A model generated the notes under the pieces. That model was given only the letters and a program-made list of their open reading frames with translations, was not told the origin of the DNA and ran no database searches. The position numbers were made by a program, and so were the translations under genes. A stretch of 64,000 nt of DNA from the NCBI GenBank assembly GCA_963754315.1, contig CAVWFS010000006.1, positions 1-64,000 on the forward strand, given 5' to 3'. Positions 8,873 through 17,892 of the stretch are shown here, in pieces. The first letter of the stretch is position 1; each line of letters begins with the position of its first letter. The stretch comes from an uncultured Candidatus Rokubacteria bacterium. Lineage in GTDB: Bacteria; Methylomirabilota; Methylomirabilia; Rokubacteriales; CSP1-6.

Positions 8873-9348
8873 CGTCACCCTCTCTCGATAGCCGCGCCGA
8901 GAGCCTGCTGCGCGAGCTGACACCACAGGTTCTCGGCTGCGTCGTCGGACGCTACGGAGACTTCGCCGCGGCCGAAGACGCCGTGCAGGAGGCGCTGATC
9001 GCAGCGGCCGTTCAGTGGCCGCGCGACGGGCTTCCGGCGACCCGCGCGGCTGGCTGATCCAGGTCGCTTCGCGGCGGATGACCGATCACTCGCGCAGCGA
9101 GGCGGCGCGCCGGCGCCGCGTAGAGGCCGCGGCTCGAAACGCGCTCCTTCATCCCGCCGCGCGAGTCGCGGACGCGGAGGAGGCGGATCCAGGCGATGAC
9201 ACGCTTCTTCTCCTGTTCATGTGTTGCCATCCCTCGCTGACGACACCGTCGGCGGTCGCGCTCACGCTGCGCGCGGTCGGAGGATTGACGACGGCGGAGA
9301 TCGCGAACGCTTTCCTGGTTCCCGAAGCGACGATGGCCCAAAGGATGA
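8869..9348 (+). pseudogene. ECF sigma factor (YciI-associated, ECF42-like), frameshifted and truncated
   Basis: AEDAVQEALIAA..QWP, then after a frameshift near 9040 PRGWLIQVASRR...LLFMCCHPSL...EIANAFLVPEATMAQR. IS-derived sequence follows directly. Confidence 0.85.
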
Positions 9349-9351
9349 GCG

Positions 9352-9754
9352 CGGAGGACGTAGCGATGGTGCAGGCCACCGACTTCGCGGATTGGCACAA
9401 CCTTCCCCAGCTCCGGCCGGTCGATAGTGCTCACGAAAACGGCGCCGCTGCCGACGCAGGACCGTCTCGGGAGTCACGAACACGAGGGACTGCTCCACCC
9501 GGCCCAGACCCTGGCCAGCCCGACCCAGAAAAGGCGGTCCGTTCTGCGCAACCGGGGCCGGGTCATCATTCGCTTGTAGACGGCGCGCTGCTGGCGCAAG
9601 GCGAGGTTCTCCAGGGTCAGCTGGCGGCCGCCGAAGAGGAAGGGGAGCAGCCGAAGCAGGTGGAACAGGAGTGTGATCATCGAGCCGAGATCGTGGCCGG
9701 ATCCGGACCGGCAGATCAACACTTGGCCAGCCGGCGGAATTTTGGCGACGGACA
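9352..9754 (-). mobile_element. Internally deleted copy of the IS481-like element
   Basis: About 9352-9425 matches about 7273-7345 and is joined to sequence matching about 8027-8360. It ends in TTTTGGCGACGGACA. Confidence 0.85.
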
Positions 9755-9788
9755 GAGTTTGGACCCTGACCCCAAGACTGCCAAAGTG

Positions 9789-10613
9789 CTACTTCGCGGC
9801 GGCTGGGAACGCCGGCAGCTTGCCGATGTCGCGCATGTCGTGCTGAATGACGACGGTTGCCTTCAAATTGGCGGCGATCTGCTTCATGCGCTCGATCGAG
9901 GCGACCGTCGCGGCGCGGTCGAAGTTGAAGCTCGGCACCCCGTTGCTTTCATAGTTCTCGCGGAAGTGGACCAGGTCGCCGGAGAGCAGCACCGGACCCA
10001 TTTCCTTCAGCCTGACCAGCAGGCAGCTGTGGCCCGGCGTGTGACCCGGCATCCTGAGAACGATCACGCTGCCGTCGCCGAACACGTCCTTGTCCGCGGT
10101 CAGCGGCTCGACCTTCCTGCTTTCGCCGATCCAGCTCTTGAATCCCGCGACATTCGCGCCCTGCATCGGCGTTGGCGCGGTGATCCCGTCCCAGTCGCCC
10201 TTTCCGATGAGCAGCGTCGCGTTCTTGAACGGCTCGAGCTGGCCGGTATGGTCGCCGTGAAAGTGGCTGATGCCGACGTACTTGACCTGCTCGGGCGTAA
10301 CCTTGAGCTCCTTCAGGCGATCGACGATGGCGACTTTCGGCGCGTTGGGACTTGTGCCAGGTGCGAAGCCGGTGTCCCACACCATGTATTCGTCACCGTG
10401 TTTGATCAAGTAGCAGCTGAACGTGAACGTCAGCTTGAGATCCTTGTACGCGAACGTGTCGGTGAAGCGCTGGCCGACGTCCGTCGGCGTGGCGCCGGTG
10501 CCGCAGTCGATGCGTGTCAGCGTGACTTCGGCTGGCGATTGCGCAAACGCCGGCAGGCCGACGAGAACGTTGGCGCACACGCCGACCACGAACAGGGACA
10601 GGGCTCTCAGCAT
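9789..10613 (-). CDS. Secreted metallo-beta-lactamase-fold lactonase (AHL-lactonase-like)
   Basis: Sec-type signal peptide (..AFAQ), SHFHGDH and GHTPGH motifs, GGAGG RBS. Confidence 0.85.
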   Translation of the reverse strand: MLRALSLFVVGVCANVLVGLPAFAQSPAEVTLTRIDCGTGATPTDVGQRFTDTFAYKDLKLTFTFSCYLIKHGDEYMVWDTGFAPGTSPNAPKVAIVDRLKELKVTPEQVKYVGISHFHGDHTGQLEPFKNATLLIGKGDWDGITAPTPMQGANVAGFKSWIGESRKVEPLTADKDVFGDGSVIVLRMPGHTPGHSCLLVRLKEMGPVLLSGDLVHFRENYESNGVPSFNFDRAATVASIERMKQIAANLKATVVIQHDMRDIGKLPAFPAAAK

Positions 10614-10677
10614 GGTGTCCTCCCAGGCGGCATCTGACGGTTGTGATTGATGAGCTTCACGTCGCCGGGCTCGCGCG

Positions 10678-11718
10678 CTACGGCTCGACGCGCTCGATCT
10701 TCACGGTGCGGCGCGTGCGCGCCGACTCGATCATCGCCAGCGTGACCTCCACGACGCGCAGCCCGTCCAGGCCGGTCGCTGCTGGCTGGCCGCCGGTGGC
10801 GACCGCGCGCTGGAAGTCCTCGATCTCTGCCACGTAGTTCGGCAGCAGCGCTTCCAGGTAGTCGACGGTCTCATTGACGGTGTCGCTCGTGATCTCGAAG
10901 CGGCCCGTGCGCGCTTCCCACATGGAGTGGTGTCCGGCGATGAGCCCGGTGATCCCGTACACGCGGAAATCGTTGCGCGAGTCCGGAAGAAGGCGGCTCG
11001 CGACCACCTGGCCGAGCGTGCCGTTCCCGAAGCGCAGCGTGAGGCAAGCGAGTTGTTCGAGCGGGCGCGCGGCCGTCTGGCCGTCGGTGACAGCCGTGAT
11101 TTCGTCCACCTCGGCGCCGAGCACGAAGCGCAGCAGGTCGACCGAGTGCACGCCGGTGCCCATCATCGTGGACGCGCCCCCGATCAGCTCCGGCGTGTCC
11201 CACCACTGCGTGAGCGGCGTACGCGGCGGCGAGCCGTCGCGGCCGCGCACGCCGAATGCCCACTGCGCCTGGGCGAGCACGATGCGCCCCAGCGTCCCGG
11301 CAGCGACGAGCTCACGCGCGCGGATATAGGCCGGGTGCTGGCGCAAGTTGAAGGCGACGCCGAACGTGACGCCCGCGCGGCGGCACGCCTTCAGCATTCG
11401 CACGGCGTCGGCGATTGTCGTGGCCATCGGCTTCTCGCACAGCACGTGCTTTCCGGCTTCCGCCGCCTGGACGACGTGCTCGGCATGCAAGGCGTTCGGC
11501 GAGGACACGAAGACGCCGTCGACACGCGAGTCTTTGAGGAGGTCGCCGAGCTGACTGTACGCGGCGCGTGCGCCGTGCTTCTGCGCGAACACTTCCGCGC
11601 GGTGCTGATCGCGGCTGTAGACGCCGACGAGTTCGCCGCTGTCGGCCGCGGCCATCGCCGGTGCGATCTTGACGTCTGGATGCTTGCCGGCGCTGACGAT
11701 GCCCCATCCGAACGGCAT
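10678..11718 (-). CDS. Gfo/Idh/MocA family oxidoreductase
   Basis: AGKHVLCEKP motif and GVHSVDL. Confidence 0.9.
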   Translation of the reverse strand: MPFGWGIVSAGKHPDVKIAPAMAAADSGELVGVYSRDQHRAEVFAQKHGARAAYSQLGDLLKDSRVDGVFVSSPNALHAEHVVQAAEAGKHVLCEKPMATTIADAVRMLKACRRAGVTFGVAFNLRQHPAYIRARELVAAGTLGRIVLAQAQWAFGVRGRDGSPPRTPLTQWWDTPELIGGASTMMGTGVHSVDLLRFVLGAEVDEITAVTDGQTAARPLEQLACLTLRFGNGTLGQVVASRLLPDSRNDFRVYGITGLIAGHHSMWEARTGRFEITSDTVNETVDYLEALLPNYVAEIEDFQRAVATGGQPAATGLDGLRVVEVTLAMIESARTRRTVKIERVEP

Positions 11719-11771
11719 GGATTCTCCTCAGTCGCGTGAGTACTCGAGCATGGCGAGGCATGGGCGACCGG

Positions 11772-12422
11772 TCACCGGAAGAACTCGACCTTCGCCTCGC
11801 GGACGAAGAGGAAGTTACCCGGTGCCGCCGAAATCGGCCCGTTGATCGCAAACACCGCGATCTCGAACCTGTCGCCGGGAGACACGGCGCCGTCGGCCAG
11901 CACGACGCGGTTGGGCATGTTGAAGCCCTGGATCGCCCCCGGGCTCGGCCGCCCGGGGGTGCGCGGCATCGCGCCGTTGATCCAGACTTCCGCGTAGTCG
12001 TCGACGGTGACGCGGAACACTGCCTTGGCGCCGGCGGTGTCGAAGCCCGCGACGTTCGCGGGGATGGTCAGGGTGGTACGGAACCATATGAACGACACCA
12101 GGCCGCCGCCGCGCCTGACGCCGAGATCGGCGGGCGGAATCACGACCCAATCCGAGTCGTCGAAGCCGAGCAGCTCGGCATGGGGTTCGATATCGTAGGT
12201 CGTCTTGAACTCGGGCAGCGAGTTGGTCAACGCGGGACACTCGACAAGCTTCACGTCCTTCACGCGCCACCGCGCGCCGAACGCCGCCGATCCCGCCTCG
12301 GTCATCAGGTCGACGACGTGCACGGGCGGGATCGACGGCGCGAGAGGCGGCTGCGGCTGGAGCACCGCCGCGACCGCGGGGGGGACCCACACCGTCGGGC
12401 GGACGTACTTGCTCGCGGGCAT
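11772..12422 (-). CDS. Hypothetical protein with a possible galactose-binding-like beta-sandwich
   Basis: FDDSDW...WFRTTLTIP...VDDYAEVWING resembles sugar-binding-like domains. It starts 5 nt after the upstream stop. Confidence 0.65.
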   Translation of the reverse strand: MPASKYVRPTVWVPPAVAAVLQPQPPLAPSIPPVHVVDLMTEAGSAAFGARWRVKDVKLVECPALTNSLPEFKTTYDIEPHAELLGFDDSDWVVIPPADLGVRRGGGLVSFIWFRTTLTIPANVAGFDTAGAKAVFRVTVDDYAEVWINGAMPRTPGRPSPGAIQGFNMPNRVVLADGAVSPGDRFEIAVFAINGPISAAPGNFLFVREAKVEFFR

Positions 12423-12427
12423 CGGGA

Positions 12428-13174
12428 TCAGGCCGGCCGGTTCGCCTTGAGGAACGTGCGCACGTGCCGCACCGCGAGTGGGATCTTCTCCTTCGTGTCC
12501 TTCCACGGGAAGAAGGTCAGCTCGGACTTCGGGGCCAGCATCGCCGACTCGATGGCGGGCTCGTAGGGGTGCGATGGGGTCTCGTCCGGCATGACCAGGA
12601 CGGGCGCCTGGCAGCCCTGGACGACGTCGCGCGGCACGCTGAACACGAAGTCGGCGTTCGTGACGTACATCCGGGTCAGGAACTTGTCGATCATGTCCAT
12701 CGTGAGGTCAGGCCGCTGCTTTACCAGCGCCGGGCCCCAGGTCTGCATGCTGTTGTCGTACATGGGGTTCGATTCCTTGCGGAAGCCGACGGGCTGTGAC
12801 ACGACCGCGGCGACGATGCGCTCCGGCGCGCGCTGGATCAGCTTCCAGATGAACGGGCCGCCGATGCAGTAGCCGATCACCATGAAGCGCCGGATGCCCA
12901 GGTGATCCATGAGGGCGAGGTGGTCATCGGCATAGGAGTCCCACGGCCGATCGATCTCGAGCGGCCCGGAGGACTGGCCGCTCGGGGCGTTGCGCAGGTC
13001 GGCCGTGATACAGCGGTACTCGTCCTTGAATTCCTCGATCGCGTTGAACGGCGCCCGGTCCGACATGAAGCCGATGGTCGAGTTCTGGCCCCCGCCGGGG
13101 ATGACGAACAGGGGGAAGCCGGAGCCGGCCTCCTGGTAGTGAATGCGGACCGGGCCCTTCTCGTAAAACGCCAT
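12428..13174 (-). CDS. Alpha/beta hydrolase (Cys at the nucleophile elbow)
   Basis: IHYQEAGSG, GYCIGG elbow, DHLGI. GGAG RBS. Confidence 0.85.
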   Translation of the reverse strand: MAFYEKGPVRIHYQEAGSGFPLFVIPGGGQNSTIGFMSDRAPFNAIEEFKDEYRCITADLRNAPSGQSSGPLEIDRPWDSYADDHLALMDHLGIRRFMVIGYCIGGPFIWKLIQRAPERIVAAVVSQPVGFRKESNPMYDNSMQTWGPALVKQRPDLTMDMIDKFLTRMYVTNADFVFSVPRDVVQGCQAPVLVMPDETPSHPYEPAIESAMLAPKSELTFFPWKDTKEKIPLAVRHVRTFLKANRPA

Positions 13175-13197
13175 GTTGTTCTCCCTTTCGCGCCTGA

Positions 13198-13506
13198 CTA
13201 CTTGGGTCCGAACACATCGATGGCGACACGGCCCGCGTTGACCGCGCAGGGCCAGCCGGCATAGAACGCTACGTGCGTGATCAGTCCCTTCAACTCGGTC
13301 TCCGTCACCCCGTTGTCGAGCGCCCTCTGCATGTGGCCCCGCATCTCGTCGGTCCGATAGAGCGCAGCCAGCATTGCCACGGTGATCAGGCTACGGTCAC
13401 GCTTGCTGAGGTCTGGATGCTCCCATACGTCGCCGAATAGTACGTCGTCGCGAAGCTGCCCTAGCTTGGGAATGAATTCGTACACCGTCGGCTTTTTCTG
13501 AGCCAT
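13198..13506 (-). CDS. Carboxymuconolactone decarboxylase (CMD/AhpD-like) family protein
   Basis: LFGDVW.HPDLSKRDRSLIT...HVAFYAGWP. Confidence 0.9.
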   Translation of the reverse strand: MAQKKPTVYEFIPKLGQLRDDVLFGDVWEHPDLSKRDRSLITVAMLAALYRTDEMRGHMQRALDNGVTETELKGLITHVAFYAGWPCAVNAGRVAIDVFGPK

Positions 13507-14003
13507 GTGTCGATCTCCTCGTGCATGGGTGGCGATGGCGATGGAAAGCCAAGATTATCAGAGATGCCATTCGATCGCCGATCCCACGTTCCGTCGAGTG
13601 ATCCAGGACGACTGGCTACGCCCCAAGCTGGCGGACTGGGTGACGCGCCTGGAGGAAGAAGCTGCGGCTTGCGCAACGCCGCCCATGCTCGCGGCCCCAC
13701 AGCCTCGCCTGCTCGCTGGTCGCGCACTACCGACGAGTGGCCGAGCGGCCCTCTACAGCGGATCGCGTGAGACTCATCGGCATCGCCCCTGACTACGAGG
13801 GCTGACACCGGGCGGCGCGCCGGCTTCTCGCCGCGCAGCTGCCGCCCGAATCGAGCCCTCGCCTCGAAGAGGCGCCCGCTCGCCCTTTGGCGGGATGTCA
13901 GGCCGGCGGCGGTGTCACCCTGGCCAAGCATTCAGGCCGCCTTCGCGGAGCGCCGGGACGGTACCATCGCGCGGTGGCGCCGAACGCTCGTGAGCAGGAA
14001 CCG

Positions 14004-15212
14004 ATGCGGAGTTACGGGTGGCGCGTGGTCGCGTTCTGCTTCCTCGCCGCTGTGTTCACGTGGGGCCTCGGCGTCTTCGGCGCGAGCGTCTATCTCCACG
14101 AGGTGACCAAGGCGCACGGCTGGTCGGTTTCGCTGGTCTCCGTGGGCATCACCGTCTTCTATCTGACGGCCGCGCTGGTCCTCCCGGCGGTGGGCGCGGC
14201 CATCGATCGTCACGGCTCCCGTCGGGTGATCGCGGGTGGCGCCGTGCTGCTTGCGCTCGGCGTGGCCGCGATGGGGCATGTCGCCGCCCCCTGGCAGCTC
14301 CATGCCGCGTTCGTCTGCATGGGGCTCGGCTACGCCACGATGTCGGTGATCGGCCTCAGCGCGACGATCGCGCCGTGGTTCGAGAAGTACCAAGGCCGGG
14401 CGGTCGCGATGGCGCTCACGGGCGCGAGCGTCGGCGCGATGGTCGGAGTGCCGCTCGTCGCGCTGTCGATCGCCCGTCACGGCTTCTCCGCTACGACCAC
14501 GGGCGCCGCCGCCATCGCCGCCATCACGCTCGTGCCCCTCGCCCTCGTGGTGCTGCGCTACCGCGGCCCCGCCGAGCTTGGCCTGGGACGAGACGGGGCG
14601 GCGGCGTCAGCGGTGGCAGCCGGCGCAGGGGCCGCGGCGGTGCCGGCGTGGACCCGCGCGCAGGCGCTCCGCTCGCTCGCCCTCTGGAGCGTGGCGGTCG
14701 GCTTCGCGCTCGGGCTGACCGCCCAAGTCGGCTTCTTCACCCACCAGGTCAAGCTCGCCGAGCCGGTGCTGGGGGCGACCGGCGCCGGCTGGCTGGTGGG
14801 CGTGACCGGCCTCGCGGGGCTCCTGGGCCGTCTGCTCCTGGCGTGGGTCGCCGACTGGATCGAGCTCCGGCGCTACGCTGCCGCCATCTTCGCCACCCAG
14901 GCGCTGGCCCTCGTGCTGATTGCGATGGTGCCCGGCGCGCCGGTCCTCGTCGGGATGACCTTCGTCTACGGCTTCTGTCTCGGGCAGATCACGACGCTGT
15001 CGCCCATCATCGTGCGCCGCGAGTTCGGCTCGGCGTCGTTCGGCACGGTCTACGGCGTCGCCGGCACGGTCATCCAGCTGAGCTCGGCGTTCGGGCCCGC
15101 GCTCTACGGCGTCGCGCGCGATCTCCTCGGCACCTATCCGCCCGTGCTCGCGATCGCCGCCGGCTTCGAGCTCGTCGCGCTGGCCGTAGTCCTTGCCGGG
15201 GGCCGCCGGTAG
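14004..15212 (+). CDS. MFS transporter
   Basis: About 12 hydrophobic segments and MFS motif A (GAAIDRHGSRR). Confidence 0.88.
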   Translation: MRSYGWRVVAFCFLAAVFTWGLGVFGASVYLHEVTKAHGWSVSLVSVGITVFYLTAALVLPAVGAAIDRHGSRRVIAGGAVLLALGVAAMGHVAAPWQLHAAFVCMGLGYATMSVIGLSATIAPWFEKYQGRAVAMALTGASVGAMVGVPLVALSIARHGFSATTTGAAAIAAITLVPLALVVLRYRGPAELGLGRDGAAASAVAAGAGAAAVPAWTRAQALRSLALWSVAVGFALGLTAQVGFFTHQVKLAEPVLGATGAGWLVGVTGLAGLLGRLLLAWVADWIELRRYAAAIFATQALALVLIAMVPGAPVLVGMTFVYGFCLGQITTLSPIIVRREFGSASFGTVYGVAGTVIQLSSAFGPALYGVARDLLGTYPPVLAIAAGFELVALAVVLAGGRR

Positions 15213-15244
15213 CTTCGCGGTCTCGCGCTGCGCGGCGGAGGATC

Positions 15245-15281
15245 GAACCACTTGCCACTGGTCGAGTTTTGGCTAGGGACA
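15245..15281. mobile_element. Isolated IS481-like end relic
   Basis: AACCACTTG...GAGTTTTGGCTAGGGACA resembles the IS end at 8324-8360. Confidence 0.5.
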
Positions 15282-15477
15282 ACCAGGCCGGACCGAGGAA
15301 GTCTGCGACCAGCTTGCCCACCACTGGGCCTGGAGCGATCGTCCGGTCGCGGCGCTGCCCTATCTCGTGACGGCGGCCGACGGTGCGGTGGGGATCGGGG
15401 CCAATCAGGAGGCCCCACCCACCTGCAGAGCGCGCTGGAACTGACGACTACTGAGACCGGGACGGTCAGCGCGCAGC

Positions 15478-15549
15478 AGCTCGCCGCGATCCGCTTCAAG
15501 CTCGCCGCGATCCGCTTCAAGCTCGCCGCGATCCGCTTCAAGCTCGCCG
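15478..15549 (+). repeat. 21-bp tandem repeat, 3.4 copies (AGCTCGCCGCGATCCGCTTCA)
   Basis: Three perfect adjacent copies plus a 9-nt partial copy, with no spacers. Confidence 0.95.
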
Positions 15550-15654
15550 GCCTGCAGTTCGTCGTTGGCGAGCGCTGAGGCTTCCAGGGGACGGTGACAT
15601 CACCACTACACTGGCTCACCATGGGCGACCCTGAGTTGGCTCTCCTTGGTCGAT

Positions 15655-15774
15655 TGTGGATCGCATCGCGATCACGGAGGAGATAGACGGATCGCGACTT
15701 CCGCGAGGCTGGGGTGAAGTTTTGCTGCGGAGCTCGACCCCGGCGCAAGGCCGGATGGGTTCTGACGAGGGAGA
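15655..15774 (-). mobile_element. IS481-like relic (transposase scrap plus degenerate end)
   Basis: YLLRDRDAIH peptide. CCGGATGGGTTCTGACGAGGGAGA resembles the IS terminal repeat. Confidence 0.55.
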
Positions 15775-15791
15775 GGGCGATCGTCACGCGC

Positions 15792-16862
15792 TCAGCCCAT
15801 CAGGAGCTTGCCGGGATTCTCGCGGCCCATGATACGAATCTGATCGCGGGTGATCCCTTCGGCGAGGAGACCGTTGACGAGCATCCCCAGCCCGTCCGGC
15901 GGCGACGGGTTGCCCGTCTGCCCGAGGTCCGTGGAGAGCACGAAGTGCTCAGCACCGACCGCCTTGATGCGCTCGGCCGACTCCTTGAACGAGATGTGAC
16001 GGTTGTTGCGCAGGAACGCCAGGTGCGCGCTCGGGCCGGCGAGGTACCCGAGGGTGCAGATCTCGAGCTTGGCGCCCATCGCGGCGGCCTTCTTCATCTG
16101 CTCGACGCTCATGTCGATCACTTCAAACTCGGCGTGCGTGACCAGGAGACGATCACAGCCGGCGTCTCGCGCGGCCTCGATGATCGCCAGGCCCTCGGCT
16201 CCGGACGAGTGCCCGGTCTCGACGACGAGCTTCTGCTCGGCGCACACCTTGAGCACCTCCCGGACCGCCGGCAGCACCTTGCCATCGGCACCGACGACCT
16301 TGATGCCCTCTGGCGCCTCCTTCAGGCGCGTGACGTGATTGTTCGCGTCGAATGTCGGGAACCAGACGACGCGACCGTAGCCGCCTTGCATCCGCCACAT
16401 CCATCGCACGGCATCCGGATTGATTCCCCCGGCGGCTCCGTTGAGGGTGATCCCGCCGAAGAGTTTGATCCCCTGCACGTGGCGGCGCGCGAGCCACGCG
16501 CGGTCCGCGGTGAGCGCCGTGTGGCTCTTGAACACGATGGCTTCCATCCCGCGATCCCTGGCGAGGGCGGCCGCCTCGTCGTCGGAGAGCGCACGGCCGA
16601 AGACGTCGGGTGCCGTGTGGACATGGAAATCGATCAAGCCATCGACGGGGCTCGTCGCGGGTGGCGGCGGGGGATAGGTGCGACCCTGCCCGCTCGCACG
16701 CGCGGGCAGCGCCGCGAGCGCGGAGAGCCCGGCGACCGCCGTCGCCGCCCAGATGAAATCACGCCGGTTGGTCTCGAGCCCAGAGCCCCGGCCGGGGTCG
16801 ACGCTCCCGATGTGGCCGCAGCAGCTCGTGAGCTTCCATCGCGGAATCTGGAATGGCTTCAT
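15792..16862 (-). CDS. Amidohydrolase-superfamily metal-dependent protein (DUF6282-like), probable Tat substrate
   Basis: DFHVHTAPD, IVFKSH, TGH, VTH and STDLGQ motifs. NRRDFI plus a hydrophobic stretch looks like a twin-arginine signal. The true start may be downstream. Confidence 0.75.
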   Translation of the reverse strand: MKPFQIPRWKLTSCCGHIGSVDPGRGSGLETNRRDFIWAATAVAGLSALAALPARASGQGRTYPPPPPATSPVDGLIDFHVHTAPDVFGRALSDDEAAALARDRGMEAIVFKSHTALTADRAWLARRHVQGIKLFGGITLNGAAGGINPDAVRWMWRMQGGYGRVVWFPTFDANNHVTRLKEAPEGIKVVGADGKVLPAVREVLKVCAEQKLVVETGHSSGAEGLAIIEAARDAGCDRLLVTHAEFEVIDMSVEQMKKAAAMGAKLEICTLGYLAGPSAHLAFLRNNRHISFKESAERIKAVGAEHFVLSTDLGQTGNPSPPDGLGMLVNGLLAEGITRDQIRIMGRENPGKLLMG

Positions 16863-17149
16863 GGGCCCTCCTGTCGCGGGATCGTGCGTACCATCGTCAC
16901 GTGGTCTCCGACTCGCGCCCTCACCAGCAGGGTCCCTTCGCGAATGTCACGGATCGCCACCGCCACGGAGCGTATGAACCCAGGGCCTGACGGGGCGACA
17001 CTACCCCGGCGTCGAAAGTACTGTCAAGGCGCGTCGAACGGGATGCTGTTGCGCTGGAGGCGGGTCGATCCACGTAGGCACGTGACCTCGTGGAAAAGCG
17101 CTAGGATTCCTCGCTTGAGTCGTCGTGCACAGGCGGCGGCGCGGCGACG

Positions 17150-17500
17150 TACGTATCGGCGCGTTGCGGGCGAGGAGCAGGCTCGCGAAGGTGTGCCGCA
17201 GGTCGTAGACCCGGAAGGCGGGTAGGCCAGCGCGCCGGAGCACTCTGCGGAAGAGCGGCCCACCTTCGCCTCGTCCATCGGCGGGCCTACCACGCTTGGA
17301 AAGAGCCACTGGGGCTGCCCCCAGCCGCGCCGTAGCGCCTCCGCCTTGAGCCACGTCAGGCGCTCGCGGAGGATCCGGGTGAGGTCCCGACTCATATCCA
17401 CGACGCGGTGGTCGTGGGTCTTCGTGTCCTTCTCCCGTCGCTGGCTCCACGCGCTCCACACGGATCAGACGTTGGGGGAAGTCGATATCGCCCGGTCGCA
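17150..17500 (-). pseudogene. Tyrosine recombinase (phage integrase) remnant
   Basis: ALRPGDIDF..RLIRVER, DTKTHDHRVVDMS and RVYDLRHTFASLLLARNAPI are spread over several frames. Confidence 0.8.
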
Positions 17501-17892
17501 GCGCGAAGCCCTCACCGGGGCGCAGGGGGGCTGATGGCTTACGGGCTGGATGAGAAGGAGGCCGCTCGACGTTTAGCCTGTTAGGCCGCGCCTCTCGCGT
17601 AGCACGGCGAAGAGAAGACGCGATGACCCTGATACCGAAGAAACGCCCCAACAGTGAGTGGTGGTTGCTTGCCGTCCTGTCCTGGGGGGAGGGGGGACAA
17701 CCGGGGGGACGCCGGCCCAGCTTCCGATAACGGGACATTCCATCGACGGGCCCTTTATCGCATCTATGCTCTCTCTCACCAGACGACTAGTGAATCGGCG
17801 GCGTCGATCATGGCCGCCAAAGTGAGGGTGGTACATGGGCGGGAGGTGGTTGCCGTCGGCGTTCAGTTACACCGGCGTTTCCGGTCTGCGCG

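Noticed and set aside
9015..10637. 540-aa ORF
   Set aside because: A chimera of the sigma fragment, antisense IS relic and antisense lactonase.
13505..13880. Short ORFs between the CMD and MFS genes
   Set aside because: No clear RBS or motif. This may be gene debris but I cannot assign it.
15478..15549. Possible CRISPR array
   Set aside because: The repeats are contiguous with no spacers and there are no cas genes.
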